A stretch of DNA of 64,000 nucleotides from an uncultured Holophaga sp. (GTDB lineage: Bacteria; Acidobacteriota; Holophagae; Holophagales; Holophagaceae). Position 1 is the stretch's first letter; the number at the start of each line of letters is the position of its first letter. The position numbers were made by a program, and so were the translations under genes. The notes below the pieces were generated by a model. That model was given only the letters and a program-made list of their open reading frames with translations, was not told the DNA's origin and did no database searches. Shown piece after piece: positions 29,598-39,692 of this stretch. Location of the stretch: the NCBI GenBank assembly GCA_963663375.1, contig OY760195.1, positions 1,881,613-1,945,612 of the forward strand, read 5' to 3'.

Positions 29598-29765
29598 ATG
29601 TCCCACACCATTACCGATTCCTGCATCGCCTGCGGCGCCTGCCTGCCCGAGTGCCCCACCGAAGCCATCAGCGAAGGCGATATCTACGTCATCGACGGCG
29701 AAAAGTGCACCGACTGCGGCACCTGCGTTGATGCCTGCCCCACGGGCTCCATCGTCGCCGGTTGA
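29598..29765 (+). CDS. 4Fe-4S ferredoxin (55 aa)
   Basis: MSHTITDSCIACGACLPECP...KCTDCGTCVDACP contains two CxxCxxCxxxCP clusters. It is not in the ORF track because it is shorter than 60 aa. Confidence 0.7.
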   Translation: MSHTITDSCIACGACLPECPTEAISEGDIYVIDGEKCTDCGTCVDACPTGSIVAG

Positions 29766-29848
29766 AGCGCTGCATAGATCAAGCGAACGGGCCCGCGAAT
29801 GCGGGCCTTTTCATTTCAATGCCAAGCCACGGCTCGCAACCGACCAGG

Positions 29849-30571
29849 CTATGGATGGGCACGCGTCAGGTCCCTGAATTTCGAGTTGCGGCTCAATGGA
29901 ACGAATCGAGGTTCTTCCCTCGCCTCCGTTGCCAGCCTTGGCTCGCGCGAAATGGCATCTTCAAGGTCGAAAAGGGCCCTGTCCGTGCGTTTCCCCGCAG
30001 CAAAGGCCATGGCTCGGAAATACCTATACTTTGCGATCCCCGGTTGGTGATGGATCAATTTCGTATAGGTCTCCGCGGCCCGACGATAGTAACCCAGCTG
30101 GAATTCGGCCTCCGCCATCAGGAGCAAAACCTTGGCTTTGGGTGCATCCAACGGGAGCCCATCCTGCATTCGCAAGACCAATCCCGGATCCGATTCCACC
30201 AGCTCTCGAATGTTGGTGGCTCGAGCCGCCCGAATCAGGCTGTCTTCATCCATCTGTGTGATCTGGTTGAAGGTCGCCGTGGTGGCAGGAAGCGCTGGAT
30301 TAACAGCGCGGGTCACCGCGGGGATCTTCTCGATCGGTGAGCCCTGGGCTGTCTTTGACCCGGGCGGCAGCGAAGGGCCTGGCATAGCAGGCTGCTCGGC
30401 GGAGGGTTTGGGTTGATCGCCCTGAGCCAACTCTGAATCCTTGAACGCCACCAGCATCGCGATAAAAAGCGCCCCAACGACCAGCGCGATCGTGACTCGC
30501 CGGAAATACCAAGGCTGAGGGCTGGAGGCCCACAGGTTGAGATCGGGCACATGAACGCGGGGATTGGCCAT
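29849..30571 (-). CDS. Membrane-anchored TPR-like repeat protein (hypothetical)
   Basis: Start at MANPRV. One TM helix (VTIALVVGALFIAMLVAF) followed by a TPR-like C-terminus. Confidence 0.4.
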   Translation of the reverse strand: MANPRVHVPDLNLWASSPQPWYFRRVTIALVVGALFIAMLVAFKDSELAQGDQPKPSAEQPAMPGPSLPPGSKTAQGSPIEKIPAVTRAVNPALPATTATFNQITQMDEDSLIRAARATNIRELVESDPGLVLRMQDGLPLDAPKAKVLLLMAEAEFQLGYYRRAAETYTKLIHHQPGIAKYRYFRAMAFAAGKRTDRALFDLEDAISREPRLATEAREEPRFVPLSRNSKFRDLTRAHP

Positions 30572-30833
30572 GAATATGGAGCGCCTTCTAGAGGGAAGGA
30601 CCTGACCACCTGGATCGTGGCCGGATTCAGGGTCCGAGTCTATCGTCGATCCGCCCACGATGGGCCTCTGTAGGGGCAGTGGAGAAACCGGCTGGACCGT
30701 CGATTGGTACCGATGAGCCCATGGCGGCCTCCGATTGGCCTGGGGCATCGACGCTCTCCCCGGTTTCGGATCACCCTGTCTGAGTCATCATGGTGCGAGA
30801 AATCCGCCCGAACACCCACCCTTGAAAGGACCC

Positions 30834-33164
30834 GCAATGGAAGCCCAACTGTCGACCCTCTGGCTGCCGGTGGTCGGTGGCCTCGCCGCCCTCCTGATCC
30901 TGCTGAAATCCTTCACCATCGCCAAGGGCAACCAGATCATCCTGCTGGAGCGCCGATGGTTCGGCAGGCAGATGCCCGATGGCCGCACCGTGGCGCTGCG
31001 CAACGAAGTGGGCGTGCAGGCCCGGGTGCTCGGCCCCGGCTTCCACTTGCTGATCCCCTTCATCTACAAGGTGATCAAGCGGGATTTCTGCATCATCCAG
31101 GAGAACAAGGTGGGGGTGGTGCGGGCGGTGGCAGGGGCACCCATCCCCAGTGGACAGTTCATGGCCAAAGCCGTGGAGTGCGATCTCTTCCAGGACGGCG
31201 AGGCCTTCCTGCGCAACGGTGGTGAGAAGGGCCCCCAGCTGGCGATCCTCCCCGAGGGTGAATACAAGATCAATCCCCACCTCTTCGATGTGGAAGAAGT
31301 GGACGCCACCATGATCCACGACGACGAAGTGGGCTACGTGGAATCCATCGCCGGACAGCCCGTCACCCGCGAGGGCGGGAACTTCGGCTCTCCCGTGGCC
31401 TGCGACAGTTTCCAGGACGCCCAGGCCTTCATCCTGAATGGCGGCCAGAAGGGACCGCAGATCGCCTTCCTGCAGCCCGGCTACTACCGCATCAACACGC
31501 TGATGTTCAAAGTCCAGAAGGTGCCCATCACCAAGATCCCCGGCGGCAAGGTCGGCCTGGTGGAGGCGGCAGACGGCGCCCGCATCCCCGAGGGGCGCCT
31601 GCTGGCGGCACGGGTGAAGGGTCACGGAAACTTCTTCGATGGCGAGGCCTTCATCAAGAACGGCGGCGAGCGCGGTCGGCAGCTGGATGTGCTCATGCCC
31701 GGCGTCTACCGCCTGAATCCCAGACTCTTCCGGGTCATCGATATCGTGGACTGGACGCACATCGAGGCCGATCAGGTGGGCATCGTCACCATCAACGAAG
31801 GCAAGCCCATCGTCGACTCCTCCAAGATCGCCGCGGAGGAGCTGCCCCTGGGCACCCACGACAACTTCCAGGATGCGGATGCCTTCCTGAAGGCGGGCGG
31901 CCAGAAGGGCCTCCAGATCCCCGTGCTCCGCGCAGGCAACTACGCCATCAACCCCTGGTTCGCCACCATCGAAAAGGTGGACATGATCCGCGTGGACATC
32001 GGCAACTGCGGGGTAGTGACCAGCTACGTGGGCAGCGAAGGTGCCGATCTCACCGATGATGCCGTGAACGCCAAGATCGTGGCCAACGGCAGCAAGGGCA
32101 TCTGGGCGGACCCGCTTCAACCAGGCAAACACCCGCTGAACACCAAGATCTGCAAGGTGGATATCGTGCCCACCACCCAGATTCTCCTCAACTGGGCCGA
32201 TAACCGCAGCAGCGCCCACGAGCTGGATTCCAACCTCAAGACCATCACCCTGCGCACCGCCGACGCCTTCAACGTGAACATGGATGTCAGCGTCATCATC
32301 CACATCCCCATGAAGAATGCACCCAAGGTGATCGCCAATCTGGGCTCCGTGCGCAACATGATCAGCCAGGTGCTGGAACCGGCCATCAGCAGCCACTTCC
32401 GCAATGCCGCCCAGTACATCAAGGCCCTGGATCTATACACCCAGCGCAAGGAACTGCAGGAGAAGGCCAAGGAGCACATCGATACCGTGCTGCGCGTCCA
32501 CCACATCGATTCCAAGGACACGCTCATCGCCGATGTGGTGCTGCCGGTGGAACTCACCAAGACCGTGACGGATCGCCAGATCGCCGAACAGGAGAAGAAG
32601 ACCTTCGCCACCCAGAAGGAAGCTCAGGATGAGCGGCGCAACCTGGAGAACGCCAAGGCCCAGGCCAACATGCAACCCCAGGTGGTGGAATCGGAACGTA
32701 ACGTGGAGATCCAGAAGAATCTCGCCGAGGGCCGCATCAAGGAGGCTGAAGGCTCCAAGCAGGCGGCGATCCTGATGGCCGAAGGCCAGGCCACGGCGGT
32801 GAAACTGCAGGCAGGCGGCAAGGCCGAGGCCACCAAGGTCAATGCCGATGCGGATTCCGAGGCCATCAAGAAGGTCGGTGGCGCCGAGGCCGAGATCATC
32901 CTGGCCAAGGGGGTCTCCACCGCCGAGGCCTACAAGCTCGAAGTGGCCGCCATGGGGCGCGAAGTCTTCGGCCAGATCCGAGTGGTCGAGAAGATCGCCG
33001 CCAGCGACCTCAAGCTCATCCCCGACAACCTGATCCTGGGCGGTGGCGGCAGCGACGGCAACGCCATGGTGAACGGCCTCTTCGGCATCGCCCTGTTAGA
33101 GAAACTCAGTGGCCGCAGCTTCGTGGTCAAGGATGGCGCAGAAGCCGCGCCCAAGACCCTCTAA
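30834..33164 (+). CDS. Flotillin-like SPFH/band-7 domain protein with five internal N-terminal repeats
   Basis: N-terminal TM helix. Five ~48-aa repeats (F(Q/D)DxxAFxxNGGxKGxQxxxLxxGxYxINPxxF...). Long C-terminal coiled-coil with EA-rich flotillin-type repeats (AEGQATAVKLQAGGKAEATK...). Confidence 0.65.
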   Translation, partial: AMEAQLSTLWLPVVGGLAALLILLKSFTIAKGNQIILLERRWFGRQMPDGRTVALRNEVGVQARVLGPGFHLLIPFIYKVIKRDFCIIQENKVGVVRAVAGAPIPSGQFMAKAVECDLFQDGEAFLRNGGEKGPQLAILPEGEYKINPHLFDVEEVDATMIHDDEVGYVESIAGQPVTREGGNFGSPVACDSFQDAQAFILNGGQKGPQIAFLQPGYYRINTLMFKVQKVPITKIPGGKVGLVEAADGARIPEGRLLAARVKGHGNFFDGEAFIKNGGERGRQLDVLMPGVYRLNPRLFRVIDIVDWTHIEADQVGIVTINEGKPIVDSSKIAAEELPLGTHDNFQDADAFLKAGGQKGLQIPVLRAGNYAINPWFATIEKVDMIRVDIGNCGVVTSYVGSEGADLTDDAVNAKIVANGSKGIWADPLQPGKHPLNTKICKVDIVPTTQILLNWADNRSSAHELDSNLKTITLRTADAFNVNMDVSVIIHIPMKNAPKVIANLGSVRNMISQVLEPAISSHFRNAAQYIKALDLYTQRKELQEKAKEHIDTVLRVHHIDSKDTLIADVVLPVELTKTVTDRQIAEQEKKTFATQKEAQDERRNLENAKAQANMQPQVVESERNVEIQKNLAEGRIKEAEGSKQAAILMAEGQATAVKLQAGGKAEATKVNADADSEAIKKVGGAEAEIILAKGVSTAEAYKLEVAAMGREVFGQIRVVEKIAASDLKLIPDNLILGGGGSDGNAMVNGLFGIALLEKLSGRSFVVKDGAEAAPKTL

Positions 33165-33179
33165 CGACCCTCTACCCTT

Positions 33180-33220
33180 GCGACCCGCGCATCAAATTCG
33201 ATGCGCGGGTCGCTCTTTAC
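33180..33220 (+). terminator. Rho-independent terminator after flotillin-like gene
   Basis: 14-bp stem gcgacccgcgcatc / gatgcgcgggtcgc followed by ctcttt. Confidence 0.55.
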
Positions 33221-33348
33221 CGAGCAAATGCCAAGACAGACCCGCCATCGAAGGATCCGGGCAATTTGCAGGAAGATCCATTGGCCACAAAGAACGCAAA
33301 AGGCGCAAAAAAGGAAGAGCCGCGGACCTTTGCCCTTTCAGAATTTCG

Positions 33349-34029
33349 CTACTTCCGAGGAGGGAAGTTGATCGCCCACTTGGAATCCCGAACGACCTTC
33401 ATTTCCGCGGGATTGACCACCGCCAGGTGATAGCCCGACTGATCGCGGTACACCACCCTGGCCTCCTCGCGGCTCATCGTGAACACACCGTCGATTCCCA
33501 CGTCCCCCTTGGCCACCGTCACTTGCCGGGTGCCCTTGGGATCGGCGAAGACGAGGGCCGTCTGTGGCTTCTTATCCGCACCCTCGGAAGCAATGGAGTA
33601 GAGCTTCCCGAGGGGGGTAGAAATCCCACTCTCCACCATCGAAACGTCCTGTTCCCCCGCGATGACGGAGTCCGAATCAGGGAGCAGCCACCAGGATTTC
33701 CCATCACTGGTGTCCACGAAGAGGATGTTGCGAGTCGCGGATGGGGAACCCTTGAGACTGAAGGAACGTCCCCCCGTTTCGTGCAACTCGGCTCGAGCCA
33801 CGCTGGTGCCCTCCAGCCGCTGGAAGGAGCCCAGCCGGAGTTCCGGTTTCCCCGGCTCCTGAGGTACCGATTCGGGCGCCGCGGCCTGGGTCCCAGGGGA
33901 GGACCGAAACAGCTCCGAGAGGAGCGTGGCAGAGAGCCCCACCACCGCCAGCCCCACCACCAGGAAGATGCCCACCGCATTCACGCGCCAGACGATCCGG
34001 AAGACTTTGGACCAGGTAAGGGCTCTCAT
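33349..34029 (-). CDS. Hypothetical membrane-anchored periplasmic protein
   Basis: N-terminal TM helix (VGIFLVVGLAVVGLSATLL) followed by a beta-rich domain. No known motif. Confidence 0.4.
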   Translation of the reverse strand: MRALTWSKVFRIVWRVNAVGIFLVVGLAVVGLSATLLSELFRSSPGTQAAAPESVPQEPGKPELRLGSFQRLEGTSVARAELHETGGRSFSLKGSPSATRNILFVDTSDGKSWWLLPDSDSVIAGEQDVSMVESGISTPLGKLYSIASEGADKKPQTALVFADPKGTRQVTVAKGDVGIDGVFTMSREEARVVYRDQSGYHLAVVNPAEMKVVRDSKWAINFPPRK

Positions 34030-34092
34030 GCCGACTCCTTGAAAAGAGGCCCGCAGCGCGGGCCTCGTGACACCATGACGCGCAGAGACGGG

Positions 34093-35052
34093 TTAAGGCA
34101 CCTGCTCCCCGTGGGGATTGGACAGGAGATACAGCACGGCCATTCGCACGGGTACGCCGTTGGTCACCTGCTCGAGGATCACGTTGTTGGGGCCATCAGC
34201 CACTTCCGAGGTGATCTCGAAGCCGCGGTTGATGGGGCCGGGATGGAGCACGGCCACATCCTTCTTCGCGCGCTTCATGCGGGCCGCGTTGAGCTGGTAG
34301 TAGCGGATGTACTCGCCCTGGCCGGGGATGTACTGGCCCGTGCCCCGCTCGAACTGGGCCCGCAGCATCATGATGGCATCCATGTCGGGGATGACGGAAT
34401 CCAGGTCGTAGCTGAAGTCCACCATGGGCCAGGTCTCCCGCAGCTCCGTGGGCAGCAGGGTGGGCGGTCCCACCAGAGTCACCTTGGCGCCCATCTTAGT
34501 GAGCAGCCAGAGATTGGAGCGCACCACGCGGCTGTGGCGGATATCGCCGACGATTGCGACCTTGAGGCCCTCGAACTTGCCGAAGCGCTGGCGCAGGGTG
34601 TAGGCGTCCAGCAGGGCCTGGGTGGGATGTTCGTGGGCGCCGTCCCCGGCATTGATGATGCTGGCCTTCATGTGCCGGGACAGCAGCGCATGAGCGCCGG
34701 GTGCGCTGTGGCGCATCACGATGAGATCCGGATGCATGGCCTCCAGGTTCATGGCCGTGTCGATGAGCGTCTCGCCCTTGCTCAGGGAGCTAGTATCGGC
34801 GTCGAAGTTGATGATCTCGGCGGACAGGCGCTTTTCGGCGATCTCGAAGCTGTTGCGGGTGCGGGTGGAGTTCTCGAAGAAGAGGTTCACCACCATCCGC
34901 TTGCGCAGGGCGGGCACGATCTTGATATCGGGGCGTTCGCAGACTTCTTCAAAGGCCTCCGCCTGATCCAGCAGGGCCGTGATGTCCTGGGGACTGAGGG
35001 GTTCGATGCCCAGCAGGTGCTTGTGGGGAAAGATGTACCGCGTCGTGGTCAT
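34093..35052 (-). CDS. pyrB: Aspartate carbamoyltransferase catalytic subunit
   Basis: ATCase motifs (STRTR, HPTQ, LHPGP...). The start is at MTTTRYIF. Confidence 0.9.
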   Translation of the reverse strand: MTTTRYIFPHKHLLGIEPLSPQDITALLDQAEAFEEVCERPDIKIVPALRKRMVVNLFFENSTRTRNSFEIAEKRLSAEIINFDADTSSLSKGETLIDTAMNLEAMHPDLIVMRHSAPGAHALLSRHMKASIINAGDGAHEHPTQALLDAYTLRQRFGKFEGLKVAIVGDIRHSRVVRSNLWLLTKMGAKVTLVGPPTLLPTELRETWPMVDFSYDLDSVIPDMDAIMMLRAQFERGTGQYIPGQGEYIRYYQLNAARMKRAKKDVAVLHPGPINRGFEITSEVADGPNNVILEQVTNGVPVRMAVLYLLSNPHGEQVP

Positions 35053-35053
35053 T

Positions 35054-35599
35054 TCAACTCCGTCCTTCCAGGAATACCCCATCCACCTTGTCGATTTCTA
35101 CCACACGCACGGAGACCCTCTGGTTGAGAGGCACTTCCAGCTTCAGGCCCACGAAATCCGCCTGGATGGGCAACTCGCGACCGCCGCGGTCCACCAGCAC
35201 CGCCAGCCACACCCGGGAGGGCCGACCATGATCCTGGAGGGCATCCAGGGCCGCGCGGATGGTGCGGCCCGTGAAGAGCACGTCATCCACCAGCACCACG
35301 GTCTTGCCCTTGAGGCGGAATGGGATCTCCGTGGGACGCACGATGGGGCTGCCCGCCATCTCCGTGAGGTCATCGCGATACAGGGAGATGTCCAGGATGC
35401 CGATGGGCACCTCCCGGTTCAGGATGGTGTTGAGCTTGGCCCCCAGGCGCTCCGCCAGGGGCAGGCCACGACTGCGGATGCCCACCAACACCAGATTTTC
35501 ATCGTGGCCGAAGGCTGCCGCGATCTCCCGGGAAACCCGCAGGAGATAGGCATCCATCTGCTGGGGATCGAGCAGGCAGGGTGCATGGGCATCGGTCAT
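35054..35599 (-). CDS. pyrR: Bifunctional pyrimidine operon regulator / uracil phosphoribosyltransferase
   Basis: PRTase motif [13 protein letters not shown] and a full-length PyrR match. It lies directly upstream of pyrB. Confidence 0.9.
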   Translation of the reverse strand: MTDAHAPCLLDPQQMDAYLLRVSREIAAAFGHDENLVLVGIRSRGLPLAERLGAKLNTILNREVPIGILDISLYRDDLTEMAGSPIVRPTEIPFRLKGKTVVLVDDVLFTGRTIRAALDALQDHGRPSRVWLAVLVDRGGRELPIQADFVGLKLEVPLNQRVSVRVVEIDKVDGVFLEGRS

Positions 35600-35693
35600 G
35601 GGAGGCCTCCGGACGGGAACCCCTCCAGTTTAGCCCAAGGACCTCCCCTTCCCGTTCTCATGAGGTCGGCTGTCCCCGCCAGCCCCGGCGCCA

Positions 35694-37346
35694 TCAGTGC
35701 TTCGGTCGCTCCAGGTAGGTCGCCGCGCCCTTCATCTCGGCGGTGGGGCCGTGGGCTGGCCCCTTGGCCTTGCTGCGCCGTGCGCCATGGGCCCACTGGA
35801 CCTTCAGGGCCGTGGCCTCGGGATGGCCCGGGGCGAGCCGGAGCACTTCGGCCAGATCGGCGAGGGCCTCGGCGCGCCGCCCCAGCTTCTCCCGGAGGAG
35901 GGCCTGCTTCAGGAAACCCCAGGTATTGCCGGGTTCCTGGGCCACAATCTCCGCGTATTCGGCCTCGGCCTCGATGAACCGCCCTCCCTCCTCCGCAACC
36001 TCCCCGCACAGAAGATTCGTCACCGTGCAGAAGCCCAGCCAAGCCTTTTGCTCCGCGAATTCCCGAGGCGAGTATGCGGCCTTCCGCTTGATCTGATTTG
36101 CCACGGCGTCCAGGTGGCGCAGGGCCCGCTCCGTGTGGACATCCACCCGGGCGAAGACCTCCGCATCGCCGGTGGCCCGGAAGAAATCCTTCGCGATGCG
36201 CCCCTCTTCCCGATAGCGGTCGAAGAGTCGGGTGCCGGGATAGAGCGCCAACGGGGAGATCTGCACATCGTGAGGGCGGACCTCGCGGATGAAGGCGGCG
36301 CTCTCCTCTACATCCTCCCAGGTCTCGCCGGGAATGCCGGTGATGAGAAAGACGCCGAGGTTGAGCCCTACCTTGCGCACCAGGGACAGCGCGTTGCGCG
36401 CCTGGCGCATGTTGGTGCCCTTGTCCAAAAGCGCCAGCACCCGCTCGCTGGCGTGCTCCACACCGAACTGCATGAACTCGCAGCCCGCCCGTTTCATGGC
36501 CACCAGGCGATCCTCGTCCACCAGATTCACGCGGCTCTGGCAGTTCCAAATGGGATGCAGCCCACTCCCCTGGATCAGCTCCATGAGTTTGAGAATGCGC
36601 CCCCTGTTGGCGGTGAAGGTGTCATCCCGGAAGGAGAAGTAGGTGAGCCCGTGCCGTGCCCGCAGCAGGTTCATCTCCTGAAGCACCGCCTCGGGACTGC
36701 GGAAGCGGATGGAACTGCCCCAGAATTCCGGCGTGTTGCAGAAGTTGCAGGTGGCCGGGCAGCCCCGGCTGGTGCTGAGGTACGCCAGCTGGCCCACGTC
36801 ATCGAGGAAATCAGCCTCGAAGTGCTGGGCGGGGAAACCGATGACATCGAGGTTCTCGAGGGGCGCCTGGCTCAGAGTCTCGCCCTCCCGCAGGATGAGG
36901 CCCGGCGCCCGTCTCCAGAGATCCGAACCCGGTGCCGCAGCCAGTCGTTCCACCACCCCCAGGAGGGGCAACTCGCCCTCGCCCTTCACGATGGCATCCA
37001 GGGCCGGACATTCCTGGAAGACCTCCGTGGCGAGATGGGTGGGATGGGGCCCACCCGCCAGCAGCACCGCGGCGGGATGGGCTTCCCGCGCCCACTGCAG
37101 CAGCTCGAAGCTCCGCTTGCGGTTGAAGGTGAACATGGAGATGCCGATGACCTCGGCTCTCTGCGACTGGAAGTAGGCCAACGCGTCCTTGCGGGACATC
37201 CCGGAGAGGTTGGCCAAGCGGCAGGGGTAACCCTTCTGCTTGAGCGCCGCCTGGAGATACCCCAGCCCGATGGGAAGGAAGCGCATCCACTCGTCGCCGA
37301 AACCGCTGCGGGGGGCGCTGTACACCAACAGAACCGAGGGCTTCAC
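35694..37346 (-). CDS. B12-binding domain radical SAM protein with C-terminal TPR region
   Basis: N-terminal cobalamin-binding domain (Rossmann-like), the radical SAM cluster motif CPATCNFC, and C-terminal TPR-like repeats. GTG start overlapping the stop of the upstream PilZ gene. Confidence 0.8.
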   Translation of the reverse strand: MKPSVLLVYSAPRSGFGDEWMRFLPIGLGYLQAALKQKGYPCRLANLSGMSRKDALAYFQSQRAEVIGISMFTFNRKRSFELLQWAREAHPAAVLLAGGPHPTHLATEVFQECPALDAIVKGEGELPLLGVVERLAAAPGSDLWRRAPGLILREGETLSQAPLENLDVIGFPAQHFEADFLDDVGQLAYLSTSRGCPATCNFCNTPEFWGSSIRFRSPEAVLQEMNLLRARHGLTYFSFRDDTFTANRGRILKLMELIQGSGLHPIWNCQSRVNLVDEDRLVAMKRAGCEFMQFGVEHASERVLALLDKGTNMRQARNALSLVRKVGLNLGVFLITGIPGETWEDVEESAAFIREVRPHDVQISPLALYPGTRLFDRYREEGRIAKDFFRATGDAEVFARVDVHTERALRHLDAVANQIKRKAAYSPREFAEQKAWLGFCTVTNLLCGEVAEEGGRFIEAEAEYAEIVAQEPGNTWGFLKQALLREKLGRRAEALADLAEVLRLAPGHPEATALKVQWAHGARRSKAKGPAHGPTAEMKGAATYLERPKH

Positions 37347-38458
37347 GTGGGCTCCCTGGGCGCCATGACGCCTTCGCCGCCCTCGTAGTGGCGGCGCAGC
37401 ACGCCCTGGAGCAGCCGCTGAAAGAAGGGCCCCGGCTTGGGGCCGATGACTACGGAGGCCGATGCCTTCAGTTCCGTGCCCAGTTCCATGAGCCCCGATG
37501 CCTCCACCCCCGTGCCTACCAGCAGGAAGGGTTGCCGGGGCGGGAGCACCTCCACCAGAGTGCGCAGGCGCTTGCGTTCGTCCAAGCCCAGGCTGGGCAG
37601 GTGGAAGAGGAGGAGCGCGGGATGGGCCATGACCGCCTCCTTCATGGCCGCCATGGTGGGTGGAATGCGGCGCAGGGGCGGGAGGTCCACCAGGTAGTTC
37701 CGCAACCCCTCTTCCATCTCGGCGGAGGTCGATACCAGCACCAGGCCCCCCGCGCCGGTGGTGGGGGCGGGGCTGAGGGGCGTACCCAGGCTTCGCAGGC
37801 GATCACTGTCTTCCTCCCGTCGCTGGAAGACCCACCGGGAGAGGGGCGTGAGCACGGGCTCCGGCAGGATGGGCACGAACTCGAGCCCCAGCGCGCGCCC
37901 CTGGATCCACCGCACCACGGCGGGAGCGTTGATCTTGAGTTCCTCCGCCACGGGAATCGTGACGGTCATGGGATTCCCGATCTCGAAGAGTGCATCCAGT
38001 TTTTCCTGCTGGGAGTAAATGCGCGCCCCCGTGGCGCTGAGACTCGCCAAAAGTCCGGTGCGGATCTCGAAGCGGGGGGTGCTGAAGGTGACCTCAATGC
38101 GCCCGACGCGCTCGGCGCGATAGGCCCCCCGCTGGTCATCCTCCCGAAGCGTCTTGGGCAGTTCCAGCCGCAGGCTGCGGCGCCCCTCCACCATGCCGAA
38201 GCCCAGCAGCCGCGTCTTGCCTTCCAGAAAGCGGGTGGCGTGGGGGAAGCGGAACCGCAGATCGGCGCTGCGCAGGCCGAACATCGCATCCTCGGCCCCC
38301 ATGGTGGCCCGGGCTTGGAGGGCACCTTGCTCCATCTGCAGGAAGTTGGATTCGAAGCGGAGGTAAGGCGTAACAAGGATCATCAGTTCGCGGTTGGCGC
38401 AAGCCTGGGCCAGGATCCCCTGGACCTCCCCCGCCGCACTCACCACGAAATGCCCCAT
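37343..38458 (-). CDS. YcgR-like PilZ-domain protein, paralog 1 (PilZN + PilZ + degenerate REC-like C-terminus)
   Basis: RxxxR (QRGAYRAER) and a degenerate (D/N)xSxxG motif (SLSATGARI). The N-terminus is shared with the two downstream paralogs (AQACxxRELxIL(A/V)TPYLRFES). The C-terminal ~130 aa form a receiver-like fold that lacks the acidic pocket. Confidence 0.6.
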   Translation of the reverse strand: MGHFVVSAAGEVQGILAQACANRELMILVTPYLRFESNFLQMEQGALQARATMGAEDAMFGLRSADLRFRFPHATRFLEGKTRLLGFGMVEGRRSLRLELPKTLREDDQRGAYRAERVGRIEVTFSTPRFEIRTGLLASLSATGARIYSQQEKLDALFEIGNPMTVTIPVAEELKINAPAVVRWIQGRALGLEFVPILPEPVLTPLSRWVFQRREEDSDRLRSLGTPLSPAPTTGAGGLVLVSTSAEMEEGLRNYLVDLPPLRRIPPTMAAMKEAVMAHPALLLFHLPSLGLDERKRLRTLVEVLPPRQPFLLVGTGVEASGLMELGTELKASASVVIGPKPGPFFQRLLQGVLRRHYEGGEGVMAPREPT

Positions 38459-38561
38459 GACCTCCCCGTTTGGCCTGCGCTCAGGCTGGTTCCACCATAG
38501 TTGGTGTAGTTCTTAAACTGTATCCTCATCCCTGCACGATAAGAGAAGGCGGGAGGCTTCG

Positions 38562-39692
38562 GTGACCATCACCATCAAGGACCAGAGTGACATCCGCGAA
38601 CTGCTGGCCCAGGCCTGCACCCGCCGGGAGCTGCTCATCCTGGCCACGCCCTACCTGCGCTTCGAGTCCAGCTTCGTGGCGCTGGAAGAAAACGAACTCC
38701 ACGTGCTGGCCACCATGAGCCGGGACGATGCGGCCTTCGGGCTCAAGACCAGCGACCTCAAGATCCGCTTTCCCCAGGGCCTTGGATTCTTCGAGTCCTC
38801 GGTTCAGATGCTCGGCCTGGGCCTCTACGAAGGGCGGCGCACGGTGCGCCTCTCCATCCCCAGGAGCGTCCAGGAGAATGACCAGCGAGTGGCCTTTCGG
38901 GTGGAGCGCCTGGGCAAGGTGGAGGTGACCTTCAGCACCCCCAGGGCCGATCTCTATACCGCCACTCTGCTGGATGTGAGCACCTCCGGCGCCCGGATTC
39001 ACACCCGTGTGGACCTGCCTGAGGGGGCGATGTACGCCGGGGATCCCATCCGGGTCTCCATTCCCCTCGACCACGGCATTCGCATCGAGGGGGGCGCGCG
39101 GGTGCGGCACATGCGGGGCCGCAGCGTGGGCCTGCAGTACCAGCCGGAGCTGGGCCCCGAGGTCCTGGAACCCCTCTCCCGGTGGGTCTTCCTGCGCCGG
39201 GAGGAGGAGCGGGAACGAATGGCCCGGCGCCTGGAGCAGGCGGCCTGGTCGGAACCCCAGGGCAGTGGCATCGCCGAACTGAGCATCCTCCTGATCAGCG
39301 CCGATCCCGATCTGGAACAGGAACTGAAGGAGGCTCTGGCGGGAGTTCGTCCCCTCACCCGCCTCGCCCCCGCGGCCCAGGCCCTCAAGGACGCCCTGTC
39401 CGCCAAGCCCTCGTTGGCCATCTTCCATGTGGGCGGCGCCGGACTGGACGAGCGGCGGCGCCTCAAGACCCTCCTCGAGATCGCCCAACGCAAGGTCCCC
39501 ACCCTCCTGCTGGGCACCGAGGTGGATGGCGCCACCCTCTTCGAGCTGGCCAGCGAATGGAAGGCCTCCAGCGCCATGAGCTGGAATCACGGGCGCGGCC
39601 CCTTCCTCGAGCGGCTGGTGCGTGGCATGATCCGGCGCCACATGGACTCGGGGGAAGGCCCCATGGCCCCCTTCGAGGCCGGGGAGCCCTGA
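38562..39692 (+). CDS. YcgR-like PilZ-domain protein, paralog 2
   Basis: Canonical c-di-GMP-binding motifs QRVAFRVER (RxxxR) and DVSTSGARI (DxSxxG). The C-terminus is a pseudo-receiver domain. Confidence 0.65.
   Translation: MTITIKDQSDIRELLAQACTRRELLILATPYLRFESSFVALEENELHVLATMSRDDAAFGLKTSDLKIRFPQGLGFFESSVQMLGLGLYEGRRTVRLSIPRSVQENDQRVAFRVERLGKVEVTFSTPRADLYTATLLDVSTSGARIHTRVDLPEGAMYAGDPIRVSIPLDHGIRIEGGARVRHMRGRSVGLQYQPELGPEVLEPLSRWVFLRREEERERMARRLEQAAWSEPQGSGIAELSILLISADPDLEQELKEALAGVRPLTRLAPAAQALKDALSAKPSLAIFHVGGAGLDERRRLKTLLEIAQRKVPTLLLGTEVDGATLFELASEWKASSAMSWNHGRGPFLERLVRGMIRRHMDSGEGPMAPFEAGEP

Noticed and set aside
33109-35127. 672-aa plus-strand ORF across the hypothetical membrane gene and pyrB
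   Set aside because: Antisense to pyrB/pyrR, which have strong motifs. High-GC artefact.
35697-37388. 563-aa plus-strand ORF opposite the radical SAM gene
   Set aside because: Antisense. The CxxxCxxC rSAM frame is on the other strand.
38526-39641. 371-aa minus-strand ORF opposite PilZ paralog 2
   Set aside because: Antisense. Paralog 2 has canonical RxxxR/DxSxxG motifs on the plus strand.
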